The translations under genes were made by a program, and so were the position numbers. DNA of 64,000 bases from Antechinus flavipes. Lineage: Eukaryota. Shown here in pieces: positions 25,515-39,858 of this stretch. The notes under the pieces were generated by a model, which had not been told where the DNA came from, did no database searches, and saw nothing but the letters and a program-made list of their open reading frames with translations. The stretch lies in NCBI RefSeq assembly GCF_016432865.1, contig NC_067401.1:250170001-250234000 (forward strand), given 5' to 3'. The stretch's first letter is position 1. Each line of letters starts with the position of its first letter.

Positions 25515-27779
25515 TGCTAACCAATTTAAGTGTCATTAGCAAATGTGATAAGTAGTTCGTCTATGGCTTCATGCTGTCACTTGATAAAATGTTGTCAATA
25601 GTGACTGTTGAATAGACAAAAGTTAATTGTTGTAAGTTCAGCTAAATAATCAAGTTCATGCAAGCATTTTCAGTCTATACTACTATAGGTCTGTTTTACT
25701 AGCATGTAGATTTGGGGCTTAGAGAAAGAAATTTTCTCAGATCTCTTAGCTCTCTTTATTAAAGCTTTATGTACCAGAGCCCAAACTCATTTTTAATATA
25801 CAGATTCTCCCCAAATAGGACAGACTCTCCCCCTTCTTTCAACTTAGCTTACAATTTGCATCCAGTCCTTTTGAAGGGAGAAATGCAATGAAATAATAGA
25901 TGAACCATTCAAATGGAATAATGTCCAAATGTTTTTTGGCCCATTTTTTCACATAGATGCAGAATGAACTTGAAAAAAATCCAGAAGTAATTTCACTGGT
26001 GAAATCATAGACTGTCTTACATTTTCATGAAAATTTTTGAAACTTATATATTTCTTTAGTTCCTAATGAAAGTGTGATATGCTCCAAAGCCTTGAAACTG
26101 AGCTCAGATGCAAATATATTGTATCCCCAAACACTTTGTTTTTCAATTCTGTGATTGATCATGAATTTCCAAATGTGTAAATGTGGCAAGTGAAAATACT
26201 AGTCTCTGAAATCCAAGAGAAATGAAAGATTTTGTACAACAGAATCCAAGGACAACTTAAAAGAGAATGTAATACCAACATTCTTATGTGAGCAGTATTT
26301 CCCAGACCTCCAGCCATGTTGTCCCTTTGACCCCTGCGGCCATCATTCAGGGATACAACTTTCAAAGAAACAGGACCTGGAACCTTATTTTGTAATCTTC
26401 ACCTCAACAAGCACCTCAACTAAAGATTTGAAGAGAAAAAAGTTCTCACCAACACTCGAGTCCTTGATATTATGAAATGATTCAACATCAGAAACATTTG
26501 GTTTTATCATTAGAAATCACATTAAAGATTATATATGATAAAGAGCTCTGAGGTCTTTATGGCTGATTTGAAGTTGAAATTCCACATGTATATTGTTCCC
26601 CCCCACTAGAATATCAGTTCCTCATGAGCAGGGCCTTTCTAGCTTTTTTTTAATTTGTAACACATAGTGCTTGCAGGTAGTAAGCACTTAAGAAATGCTT
26701 ATTCCTTCATTCATTATTTTATTGAAAAGCATAAATAGCTCAATATTAAAACATCTTAAGTTGGACTATGTAATTTACAAGCAATCCTTTCAGTATTATC
26801 TCATAAAACATATGACCCAAGTTCCTCCATGTGCGTTCTTGAAATGACCTTAGAGAGTAGTAAACATTGAATGTTATATTCCTGTATTGAAAACACAAAA
26901 TGTCTTCATTTAATTTTAGAAAAAAATCATGAAGTTACATAGTTATAAAATCTTATTTCTCCAAACTTAAGAAATTTTATTGCAGTCTTGCTGGAAGATA
27001 AACGTGCATGGAATGGATGTTGGGGAAGGAGAAGAAGGACAGTAAATAGTTTTTTTTTTTCTTTTCAATGCTACTACTTATTACAGATTACTTTCAGACA
27101 TAAATATCTTCAGACTTGTAAGCCTTGGAGGTCTTTGCCTTCAATTACATTTTTAGAATGTAGGTCAGTCTTCTCTCAAAACATAAACTGCTGCATTTAT
27201 TTTGTAGGAGTTAAAGGCCACCTATGTCCTATACTTCCCACCTTTGGGTTTGGCTTCCTTGTCCTACTGAAAGATATGACTAGCATATGAGAAAACCTGG
27301 ACATACCAGTCTATTTTCCCCAGTTTTTTACATTCATTTTTAAATTTTGAGTATTAAATTCTCTTCTTACTTTCCCTTTGAGCTCCCACTAAGAAGACAA
27401 GCAATATGATGCTTATTACACATGTGAAGTTATGTAAAGCATATTTCCATATACTTTTTTTTCCAACCAGGGACACAATGATACTCCTGACACTAGGCTA
27501 TTTCTGCTTTCTTTGGAGTTGACAATGAATATATTTTGGGGAAGAAACACTTAAATGTGGTTGGTGTTTGGAAACAAAATGATTTCTCCTCTAAAATGAC
27601 TCCTGATCCCCTAAGCTAGTTTTTTTTTAATTCCCCATTAGTATTAGATTTTGTACCAAACAGCATAAAGCCATCTTCCCTTGAAAAGCCTCAATAATAC
27701 ATCTGTTTGATACAAGAATGCATTGTTTATATATAGAATATTAAAAGGTTTGTTTTGTTCTCTTACCCACATTTCCAAC

Positions 27780-28140
27780 CTAATTTTATATTACTGCCCT
27801 TTACATAACTTCCATTCCACTCAAATTGAATTATTGACTATTCTTCATCCACAACATCTACTCCAAACCTTTACCTAAGTTGTTTACCATGTATGCAATT
27901 TACTTTTTCCTCCCTCCCTTCTGTGGTATAGAATTCCTAGCTTCCTCCTAAGTCCATGTTAGAAACTATATGAAACTTTTATCTCTACTTGAGACTGCTG
28001 TTTTCCTCTTTAAATTATTTTTGTATAATTTGTGTTGATTTACTTGCATACAAGTGATATACCACTTCCCAGAGAAAAAATGCCCCTTAGGTGAAAATTC
28101 TTCATTCTTTTTCAATCCCTGTGGTCTAATATAATGCCTT
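27780..28140 (+). mobile_element. Ancient L2 3' fragment
   Basis: ctccattccactcaaattgaattattgactattc..ttgtttaccatgtatgcaatttac..ttcctagcttccctaagtcc.. has an L2 3'-end signature. Confidence 0.55.
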
Positions 28141-29149
28141 GCTCTTAAAGATCAAGAGGTCTTATCATTAGATATATAAAGTCATTGAGAAAAGAAATTC
28201 CTAGGTGAGGAAATTCCCTTTACCAATTCAAGTCAGTATTTTTTCTTCAACTTAAGAGTCTTAGAGAATTGTCTAGAACATTGAAAGGTTAAATGATTTG
28301 TGAGGGAATTCCTGTCTTTGAGAATCTATGCCATGCCCTTTCTCTAAGCATCTTGTACGTTAAAAGTGCCCAACACATATCTGTGTGTTTATCTATCTAT
28401 GTTATCTAATTTTTCTTTCTTTCTTTCTGAAGTGAATCAAATTTTATTAAAAAAAAAACTACAAGTTAATACCAATCTAAGGAAATACTAACAGCTGACA
28501 TATGTAAAATATTTTAAAATTTACAAAGGGTTTTATATATAGTATCTTTCATGAGCTTTATAACAGTGGCATCCTCATTTTGCTAATGAGGCTCTTTTGG
28601 GACTCTGAGAAATGAAATAACTTAACTATGATTACACAGCTGTTAGATATCAGACTTGAACATGTCTTCATTACAAGACCAAAATTCTCCCCACTAATTC
28701 AGTAAGCACAAACCACAAATGCTCAAGTAGTTAAATGGTTTTGTAATGTTATTGATTTGGGAATTCTCTATAATGTTGCATACTATAACCCATCCATACC
28801 TGTCTACTCTATCTACTTCTTGTACATGTCATCCCAAAAGTTGACCCCAAGTGTTTGCTCCATGTGCCAGATATCTTTTCCATGTGTAATCCTTCTTACT
28901 GCGTGACAAACCAGAGCCCTTTTCCCTACAATGCCTTTTAGCCTTGTTCTTTGGAGTTATATTTAATGATATATTATAGCTTTCTCATAGTTTTCAGGGT
29001 AAGCCATGGAATAAATAAATTATTTATAAATTAGGCTAATTTTATCTCCAGTAAATAATATTGCTTGATTAAGCCATGTAGATTATATAACATGGAATGA
29101 TTTCTGTTAAGTATTATATGTATATTGTTATATGTACATTATATGTACA

Positions 29150-29484
29150 TTCAATTCTATAAACAGTGGAATTTTCATAGACCAAGATATGAACTATTAG
29201 CCTAATTATAGGACACATTATTTTTAGCGCCTAACTCAAAATTGTCTTTGTAAAGCAAAGATTTCCATGCTGAAAATCATATCTGCATTAGTTGGGAATA
29301 ATAAAACTCCAGTTCTCAAGGAATTCTGAGAAAATTTCCAGGAACAAATAGGTTATATATATATAACACTGGCTAAGACAGCGCTTCTTAATCTTTTTAC
29401 AATCAAAACCCTTTTGTACCTGAGAAATTTTTATGTTACTCTGGGTAAAGTTGATGTACACTTGTATATTTATATATTTACATA
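29150..29484 (+). repeat. Direct repeat copy 1 (335 bp)
   Basis: Matches 29625-29961 except for one substitution (agcgcctaac vs agcgtctaac) and a 2-bp indel (ggtt vs ggtttt). Confidence 0.95.
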
Positions 29485-29624
29485 TGTAATATATGTGTAC
29501 ATTATGTAATATGTAGTATGCAATATATATTTTTGTGCATTTTTCTCAATAGGTTTTAGACCAATTAACTTGGACTTTATAGGCAAATTCAGGTAAAGAA
29601 TTATGTTGCTAATGAAGAACTCTT

Positions 29625-29961
29625 TTCAATTCTATAAACAGTGGAATTTTCATAGACCAAGATATGAACTATTAGCCTAATTATAGGACACATTATTTTT
29701 AGCGTCTAACTCAAAATTGTCTTTGTAAAGCAAAGATTTCCATGCTGAAAATCATATCTGCATTAGTTGGGAATAATAAAACTCCAGTTCTCAAGGAATT
29801 CTGAGAAAATTTCCAGGAACAAATAGGTTTTATATATATATAACACTGGCTAAGACAGCGCTTCTTAATCTTTTTACAATCAAAACCCTTTTGTACCTGA
29901 GAAATTTTTATGTTACTCTGGGTAAAGTTGATGTACACTTGTATATTTATATATTTACATA
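29625..29961 (+). repeat. Direct repeat copy 2 (337 bp)
   Basis: See copy 1. The two copies are separated by a 140-bp unique spacer at 29485-29624. Confidence 0.95.
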
Positions 29962-32900
29962 CACATTATACCAGTATTGTAGCATTTGATTTAGAGCAAT
30001 TTACATTGATAGTATTTAGACATTTGTGCAAATATAATTTTTTTACTTGGAGCCATATAACTTTTGCTGCTCAATGAGTGGGCTTTCTGATTTGCTCCAA
30101 AGAGGAAATTTCCATCCCATGAGGACACAAGCAGCTCTTTGCTCTACTCTTTACCCATCTTGTTTGAGTATAGGTTTCTAGATTTTAGCTGCACTCATAG
30201 CTTCTTTTCCAGGTTCTCCATGAATGCTAGTATTATATATAGCCATTCTTCTAAGTGTTTTCTAGCTCTTTTTTCATGTTCCATAAGTCCTTTTCCAGTG
30301 ATCTCTTAAAATTAAATTTTATTTGTTACCTCCTTACTTTTTGTAATTTTATACACTTTGGAAAAGTTTAAACAATTGATTTAAATACTGGAAATGAGTA
30401 ACATCTATTTGTAGAAAAAGCTAGATGTCAAATTTCTGTTCATTAGCAGTATTCTTTATTACAACATTGTTTTTGTATATGGGGGTGGGAAGAGACAAAG
30501 TTTGAGTGTATCATTTTGATTAAAAATTTCTTTTCCAAAAATGTCTGTTCATATCAAATTCTTGTCCATATATGAATAAATAAACGGATAATGCATTTGT
30601 TAAGTATTTATTACCCACAAAATACTGTACTAATTACTAGGGATACAAATAGAAAAATGTGGAGACTGAGTTAACACCCTACCTTAGAATCAGCCAAAGT
30701 CTGATAAGCCAGGATATTGGATTCAGGGTCCTGTTCTGTTCCCACTAGTGTCTAAAAGGAGATTGCAGTTAAAGTGGTAGTGGTGGTTTGATTCATCTAC
30801 TATATATTATCTCTTCTTTCTTTCGTTCTTCAGGTATCTTGATTTCTTCAGTTATGTTAGTGTTCTTGCCCTATGAGTGACAATTGATTGGTAGCTGACT
30901 CATTTTCCATGGCAGTTGCTTCTCTTGGATGATTGCTGTGAGGATTGGGCTGAAATCAAAAAATAGTGATTTGGGAGGTGGTACTAGATTCAGGGTTCCT
31001 GTGCCCATGTGGCAATTGATAACATTTGTTCAGTACTTCTTGCTGATAATAACAATGGACTCCTCCACAATGATTTCTCCCCTTGGTAATATCTTTGGGG
31101 CTAAATTGGAAGCTGGCCTCATGTTTCTTAGGTTGAAAATCTTAGGCTATATAAATAAAATTTAAAATAGAAGCATACAATGTGTTATAAACATCTTGGT
31201 GCAGTTTTAGCTTAAAACTACTTAAATTGAAAAAAAAAAAAAAACAAAGCATAAGCTACAACCTTAAGACTGCACTAAAACTTTTGGTACACCCTACATG
31301 TATAATTTATATGTTTTCGTCAATGAATATCAGCAATTTTGTTAATGTGGGGTAACCCTTTCACCAATATATATCACAATCTCTTCACATATTCTTATCC
31401 ATTGTAATGAGTATCCATATTTTTTGATAAATTATGCACAAAGGATATGTATCTAGGGCATTGGAAACCTTGATCTTCACTGTGGTAGTGATATTAATGT
31501 GCACTCAGATTTGTAAGCTACTTTCATTCTCACTACATGACCTTCTTTTCTGATCCTAATAATTCCCAGATAATAATTTACACATACGTTTGGGGAGAAA
31601 GTGGTAATTTGGATCTATGATGTTTGTCTATCCTGGGATAGACACTCTCTTCATTCTTTTCAATTGAAGATTGATTTGTAACTTCTAATAACAGTTTCTA
31701 AGGAATTGAGAGGTTAAAAGGCCACACAACTAGTAATGTACCACAGAAAGGACTCAAATCCAGCTTTTCCTAACTTTCAGGTTGTCTTTCTAACCACTGT
31801 GCTGTAGAGATATAAAATATTCTATCTAATTTGTACTTATTTTAGTTCCATTCAGTGTTCTGGTATTGCTTTATTTTATTGAATCTCAGAAATATTTGAA
31901 CTTTTTCCCTAGATGACAGTTTTAAAGTCTTCAAAAATTTTTCCAGTGAGAAAAATACACACATGTGAGTTAGCCTCTACTGGACTTTTGATTTCTCATT
32001 AGCCCATCTATGATGTGATCCTATTTATTTGTTGGTTTTTGTATTCAATATGCTATTGATCAGCCATAAAATATTTAATATTTAGTCTCTACTATGTGCT
32101 TAACTTTTTGCTGGGTGCTAAAGGTGAAAGACAAAAATGGAACATTTTCTCCCATGAAGGGCTTTTTATTCTGTCAATGGGGAGATATTTCATTATATAT
32201 ATGCATATATGTATGTATGTATGTATAATTTGGTGGAAGTTAAGAAGAGTCATTAGCAGCTATGCAGTATTAAATAGTGTATTTTGCCTCCTGTAAATGA
32301 TTCAGTTTTGAAGCAAATCCAAACATTTATAGACTCTTTAATCAACTCAAGTTGGTAGAATTTCCTAGGAGCTTTGTCTTTGCATGATTTTCTTAGATGT
32401 TGTTTTTACTGAGGTTTAGGAGAAAAAAGTATTGTTACATCCTCATACTTTAAAGGTATTCATTTTAAAACCAATATTTATATGTGATTTTTAAAATTCC
32501 TTATTATAATGAAAATATGTTAGTTCCATGAGAATAAGTTTGAAAGATTTATAGAATACATTTAATCATTTATTTTTAGGGCACTTGAGAGTACAGTTTT
32601 TTTTTTTTTTTTAATATTAGTGATTTTATTTTAGTCTGTGAGCAAAAACGACTGAGAATCAATCTTATCACATTTGGATTTGATATTATTTGTCTTTTGA
32701 AATAAATATAATTCTTTTTCAGAAGTATTTGTGTCACTAGCCTGATTTAAGGGGGCATTATATCCCATTTGGCTGCCTATTCCACTTAAAAAAATATTTT
32801 GTAGAGAAAAGATAGAATAGGCCAATATATACTATTATTTATTCATTTATATGGTATACACTTGAAACTTTGTTTATTCCATTTCTTGAATAATTTATTA

Positions 32901-33859
32901 ATGCATATTTTAAGTGAATTGAAGGAGCACTAAGAAGAACACCAAACCATCTCTTAAGAAACTTTAATGAGAAAAATGTCCTGATGGTTTCTTGTGAATT
33001 TTTGCACAAAATACATTACTAGCCTATTTTCAAGTAAGAGACAGAATAATGTCATGGATAAAGATCTGATTCTGACAGGTCATTTAATCTCTCATTGCTC
33101 TATACAATGCAGTTTATAAAACTATAAATTAAAAAAGAGTTGCCAAAACTATATTAGTGGAAGGATTTCCCATATTGGGACTTCCTACCAGAGATGATAT
33201 TAGAATTCTGGAGCAAAAAGACACATTTGAAGTATTCTTAATACGTAAAATTTATAGATTACATATGTAAAAATAATGACAAGGATACAAATTATTTAAT
33301 TTAAATGAAAAAAGGAAGATTTTCTTATTCACTGCCTTTGTTTTTGACCCAGAGAAGAAAAATTAGAGAAGATAAGTTATAGAAAGGACAAAATGAATGA
33401 ATTTTAAAGCATTTGTTAAGTGCCTATTGAATATCAGGTACTGTGCTATCATGGACATAATCCAAGAGCAAAACAGTTCCTGCTGTCAGTTCACAAACAG
33501 GATTGATGAAAGGATCTAGTAATTCTTAGAGTGCAACTATAGGAGCAGGTGGACAGATAGTGTGGTCTTTAGAATGCATTGGTAAATCACAAAACTATAC
33601 CTGAGAGTTTAAAGGAATTTAAAGATAATAAGGTTATTGGGTCTCTGTCTTACTGTAATGATGGCTCTGGATGACTTTCCTCTTCATTCCACATGTGTGA
33701 ATAGCCCAGTCAGCCAGACAAGGATGGGAAAAAGTGGAGAATTGGAGGTAAGGTGAGATACATTGGACATTCACTCATTTTTTTAAAAGGAATACAAAAC
33801 AAAATAAAACAAAACAAAAGAGAGCATTATCATGTGCCCAGCAGAACATCAAGGAGGAT

Positions 33860-34149
33860 TCAAAAATTATAACATTGAATTACCAGTTCAAGAAAGTATA
33901 TACATAAAATATATATGTACATATAATATAAATATATATGTATACATACATATATGATATATGTTCACAGATATATATATATATATCATATATATTAGTT
34001 GAAAACTATATTTATGAGTGTTGATTTTTTCTTCTTTGTAAATTGTTCTTTTGTTCTCTTCTGTGCACCTTTTTACTTTATACTTTTTTCCCCCTTTCAT
34101 TCCCTTATGGCCCCCAGCAGGCTACAGTTAAGAATATATTTATGTATAG

Positions 34150-34203
<54 letters not shown>

Positions 34204-35830
34204 TTCCTATCCCTGCTGATTTTTTGCTTTAATTCTGCTCTTTAACTTGTCTTTCTGTCACTTAAACTCTTCTAATACATGGATCCCTCCCTTGTCTTTT
34301 CCCATACCTTTACTTCCCCATCTACCCATCCCTTCCTTCTCATTTCTTTATAGATTTTGAAGGGTGTTTTACCCTTCATGGTACATCTGTAATGTTGCCT
34401 ATTTAACCCATTTCTGATTTCAGAACTATGAGCCCTCCTCCCCCTCTAAGCCTCTGTGTCTATTCTTCCTCTGTACCTCATTTGTATAATGTAATTACTA
34501 TTTTTACCTTAACTCTGTCCCAATCTTGATTTTTAGCTACCCTATTGTTGATGTCAATCTTAAACATATGGTATACATTTTCTATTAAAAAATTGTCCAT
34601 GTTAAGTTCCTTGAAATTGGTCTTTCATATATATTAATTTTTTTATGGAGTTCAGGTTTGGTTGATAAAAAGGACTGGAAATCTTCAAGTTGGTTGAATG
34701 TCCGTTTTTCTCATTCAATATTGTGAATAATTTTGCAGGATATGATATTTTTGGCCACAGGCCTAGTTCTTTTGATTATCAGTAGATATGATTCTAGGAT
34801 TTGTGGTCTTTTATTCTAGCTGCTGCTAAATCCTATACAATTCTAATTATCGAGACAGTATATTAAAATTGGTTTTTTTCATGTTTCTTGCAAAATTTTC
34901 TCTTTCATCTGAAGATTTCAATTTGGCAATAATAGTCCTATGTGATTTCCATAAAGAATCTCTTTGAGGTAGTGATTGATGGATTTTCTTTTTCTGTTTC
35001 TACTTTCTCCTTATGTTCTAATACTCCAGGACAATTAAAAAATATTTATTGCATTATTGTATCAGGGTTCTTTTTTTTTATCACAACTTTTAGGTAGTCC
35101 AACTATTCTTATTTTTTCTTGGCTTGATCTGTTTTCCAGATCTGTTGTATTTCTTAAAAGATGATTCACATTCTGTTTTACTTTGTCATTCTTTATAATC
35201 TGTTTTGTTATGTCTTGTTCTCTCATAGCTTCACTGGCTTCCCCTTGCCTACTTCTAAGTTTAAGTTCAAATTAGAAAATTTCAAAGTTATTTTCATCTT
35301 TGTGATTGTATCTCCTTTTCTAGTTGATTAACTTTTTTTTCATAATCTTGTTTTTCTTGGATGGTTTCCTTTTTTTTTTTTTTTTTTTAGTTTTTCTTCA
35401 GTGTCACTCATTTGATTGGTAAATTATTTATTGAGTTCTTCTATAAATTCTATTTGGGCAAGGAGCCATTTCACATTACACTCAGTCTTCCCAAGCTCTG
35501 ACCCCTGACTCCTCAGGCTGTCTAGGAGGTGAAAGTCTCTGTTTGCTGCTGAGGCTCCAGCTACATGAAGCTGGCCCCAGGGCTCTCCACTGGGTGTTTG
35601 GAAGGAGTTATCCCAGAGGTATTTGCACTTCATACTGGTTAATCTTAGTCAGAAGAAGATTTTCTGATCTTCTTGAATTGTACTTAGGGAAACCTTGTTC
35701 TGCCACAAGTCATCTTGAGTTTTCACCAGTCAGTGTTAATCCCTGAGGCTCAAATTTGTTCTACTGAGGGGAATCTAGATAGCTTTACATTTAGCAACCT
35801 ACTCTGCCATCTTTCCAGAATCTTCCATTT
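33860..35830 (-). mobile_element. Old L1 fragment (5'/ORF1 to inter-ORF region), interrupted by simple repeats
   Basis: Reverse-strand marsupial L1 signatures: gtgaataattttgcaggatatgatatttttggccacaggcctagttctttt, tctagctgctgctaaatcctat..attctaatt, ggcttgatctgttttccagatctgttg. Confidence 0.65.
34152..34201. repeat. (AC)n microsatellite
   Basis: About 25 perfect units. Confidence 0.95.
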
Positions 35831-38800
35831 CCACTAACTATAATGTTAAAGCTTTAACACAGGCCTGAGTTATATAACAAGGTGAGCATGATATTTATAA
35901 TTTTATAAATCTCTTTAGATAGAAATATTGCAGTTCCTTACGAAAGAAGTAGAAGTACTTTGTTCCCCTTCTTGATGTTTCAGGAGAAAAATATTTGTGC
36001 AGCAGTTGGGAATTTTTCAGATAATTCTGGGACACTCCCTTCAAATTCAAGACAGTTGGCAAGTATAGGGAAGGCAAAGCATATAAATATGCATATTTTG
36101 AACTGACAAAAAAGTGTATATTTGATCTGGTCCCAACATTAAATAATAAAACACATTTTTAAATGCTGACAGTAAATGATAGGCTTTTCTGTTTTTTGTT
36201 TTTGTTTTTGTTTTTTTTTCCTACTAAGCTTTAAGTTTTATTTTTTTCCTGGTATGTAGAACTTTTTTTAAAAAATAAAAAATATATTTTTGTAATTATA
36301 GAATATAGGAAAAAGCATACATAGGATATGTCATCTATTGAATTTGATATAGTTTTAATATGAAAATAATGTGGATATAATCTCCTTTCTACCCAAGTCC
36401 TTGTTTTTAAAAGTCCCTTTTGGAGAGGCTAGTTTGCTAATTTGACTTTTTTGAGCTTTAGGTATTGTACAGATCTAAGGAATTTTTTTAGTATTTTGTT
36501 TGAATAGTGTATGTAGTAAGTATAAGATATGGTGTCTGTCTGCCAAGAAATTATGTAATTATGTCATACTTAAAATTTACAAAACATTTTATGTATGTAC
36601 CACAATCTCTCAGTTCACTCTATTAATCCTTAGATTCTCAGAGGATGTGGTTACTTCTGTCCTCATGATTCTAGGGGTGTAATCCTGAGGAGCTGGTTTC
36701 TCTAGCTCACAAGCCACCCATTAATATGCTTCTTTTCTCACTTAGTCCATAACAATCTGCTGCCCAAATTTAATTATCCATTAGAAATGGATTTACTAAT
36801 TTGATAGAGTATTTGGTACAAACATTACCTCAAATGGAGTGACATACTTTTTCACAAATAAATATAGTATCTAAGAGAAAATACGATAAAGCTTCATATA
36901 TGATAAAAAATGACTCACAGCTCCTAGATGATGGAGATTCCTTTCTTCTCTTTATCACTAAGCTCTTCTGGGATGCAATTTAACTTTGTGGTAGGCTGCT
37001 TATAGATTCTTTTACCTGAAAGCTTTACCTTTTCCCTCTTAGGTCTCACACAATGCTTCTTGGGTACTTATAGATTGTTTTGAATTTTAATTATTTGGTT
37101 GTCAACTCTCTCTATCAGAACATTATCTCTATAAAAGTGAGTAATTAATAATTAATATAATCAATTATTTTACATCAATATTTTACAGTTTTAAAGATGT
37201 AGATACCTGTTTTATATTATGAAGAAATTTAAGCAATGAGCATATTGCAGAGGACTGAATTTTATGACACAGTGAAATCCTGTATTTTCCTAATGGTGAT
37301 GCTATTAATATATTTAATCTTTAGAATCAGTTTCTTTCACTTCATTTCAAAAAGGTCCCAAGATTATCTCAGTTTGGATATCTTGAATAGAAAAGGCACA
37401 TTTTCTGTCAAGTAAATCTTTTTAGTTTATTTATCTCCCTATTTTCACTATATATATATATATAATATACACACACATATATATACATATATATGTGTAT
37501 ATATATATATATGTATGTATGTATATATATCAATACTCAATAAGAAGTGAAATCACATAAAAAGACAGAATGAGATTGATAACAAAACTGTTACCAGATA
37601 AGTATTATCCCCTGTTTCTTCATGGGGAAGAAAATATGCTAATATCAATCAATCCGAAAAATTTACAATTGTTAAGTATGTGATACTTTTGAAATTTTTA
37701 AGGTAATTACATTTTTAGCGATCAGAGATCTTGGTTGATGCAAATATTAATACTTATAAGAATAACCAGCTTGCCTTAATCTTTATTAAGCCAAAGGAGA
37801 CTTGATTCACCAAGCAGTTGGCAGATCAGCCAAACATTGCTCAGCAAAACTGATTTCATTTACTATTATAAAACTGTTCAGGCGTAGATTGTGCTCAGAA
37901 ATGAATGCTCTGAAAATATTACCTTGTGATTATCATATTATTTACAATTTTCATATCTTCCTCTTCTTTATTATTCTCTTAGGTACTTGTGTTCTGAGAC
38001 TTTTGGGGGTGATTTCTACTTTCTCTAGATGATTGAAAGTATTTCCTATCCTGTCACTACATAAGACAAATAAATAACAGTCCATCTCCAATTGTCAATT
38101 TATAATTTTTTTTTCTTAAAAGACCAAATGAGTTTATCATTTATTTGTGGTAGAAGGGAAAGGTGCAATGCTAATTTCATGATGATGTCTCTGATCTTTC
38201 TGGAATAAAGGTATCTTTCTACATAGGTATGTTGATTTTAAATCATGAGTGAATGAAAAAAAATGTTAAGACCTTATTATGTGTTAAACACTAAGGATAC
38301 AAATAACAAAGCAAAGATAGTCTCTACTGTTAAGGAGTTTCTATTCTATAGTAATAAAGGGAAGTGGTGACCATGGAAAAATACTTTGGATTGAAAATTT
38401 AGAGAATTAGTGAGTTGATCCATAAGGAAGAAGATGTAATTCAGGAACAATGACCAGACTGATTTGATTATGGCTCAGAGTACCAGAACTGAAGGGAGTC
38501 TGAAATGCAGTGATGTGGAGCAAGATGAAAGAGTTAATGGTGCTTAGTTTTTTTCTTTAAATTAGTTATTAGTGAGAGGTAGTCACCAATGGAGAGTAGG
38601 CTTGAAAGTTTTGTAGAAAATGATAAATAGGATTGGTATGGACAGCAAGGCAGTTGGTGAGACTTTGGAAAAGGTGATAGAGCAAAGAGTAAAATGTTTA
38701 AAAGCAAAAATTCTGTTTTTGAGTTCTTTTTGAGTTCTGGCTGAGCTATATGGTTTAACTATCTAGTTGATCTTATTTTAGTCATTTAATCATTCCATCT

Positions 38801-39686
38801 TTTTAACTTTTCTGTTGAATTGAGAAAGTAGAACTAGTTCATCTGTAATATTCCCTTGCTATTATAATATTCCATAATTTCACATGAAGATAAATTTGCT
38901 TTATATGTTTAAAAAACATGAGCCAAGGCTGACCTTTTGAATCTAATATTTAAATAACTCATAAAATTAGTATTTGTAATCTAAGAAACTTCCAGCAAAA
39001 CTGAATTGCTCAAAATCATTTCTAAATTGTTAATTTTTTCTAAGGTTTAATGAAAACATGAGTAATTCTGAAGAGTTCATTGTCACAAACTTCTTTCTAT
39101 TCTGTTTAGTTCAGTATCTGATCTCATTTTTTTGTCAGTCCTGTTTTTCTGGCTTGCAAAGATATTATGCAGTACAACCAAACCTTTCTATTACTGTTAT
39201 TTTGAAGGTTTTCAGGCAAATGCTTTGCCATATTTTTATTCTGCTTGGTATTTTATTAAAAATATGTTGGGTCAGATGGGTAGAAGGGGGAGAGAGTCAG
39301 TTTCATGAACTCGGAGATCATTTGACTAGAAAAGGTAACCAAAGCCAAGGAAAATTACAAAATATAGGGATAATATATTAAAAAAATGAACAAGCAGCTA
39401 AAATACAAGTGTTCTGTAATAGGTCTGAAGACTGTTTTAAAAATTATGTTTTCCCCCCCACCTTTGCAGAGGTGTAAATCCATAGTTGTAGATTATTTCA
39501 TATATTTTTAGTTTTTTAATTGCATCTTATTTTTTTCTTTGCCTCTTCCTCTTTTTCTTTATATTTTTAAAATTGATGTAAGGGATAGTTCTCAGTAAGT
39601 GGGGATACTAGAGAAAATTTAAGCAATATAATAAAAAAAACTATCAAGTAAACTTTAAAAAAAAAAAAAAAAGAACTGAATTTATG

Positions 39687-39835
39687 GGACAGCTAGGGGC
39701 ACAGTAGATAGAGCACCAGCCCTGAAGTCAGGAAGACCTGAGTTCAAATTCATTACTTTTCTACTCACTTAATACTTCCTAGCTGTGTGACCCTGGGTAA
39801 GTCACTAAACTTCAATTGCCTCAGCCAAAAAAAAA
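39687..39835 (+). mobile_element. Young tRNA-derived CORE-SINE (WSINE1-like) with TSD
   Basis: ggacagctaggggcacagtagatagagcaccagccctgaagtcaggaagacctgagttcaaat..tgtgaccctgggtaagtcac..gcctcagcc followed by an A tail. TSD core GAATTTATG at 39678-39686 and 39838-39846. Confidence 0.9.
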
Positions 39836-39858
39836 TCGAATTTATGACTTTTAATCTT

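Noticed and set aside
26203-26472. 90-codon stop-free plus-strand frame (SLKSKRNERFCTTESK..) with a faint KILYNRIQ RT-like word in another frame
   Set aside because: No start codon, no splice context and no recognisable family. A rough estimate says several frames this long are expected by chance in 64 kb.
33999-34232. ORFs with HTHTHT runs (also 47061-47315 and 4159-4413)
   Set aside because: These are translations of (CA)n microsatellites.
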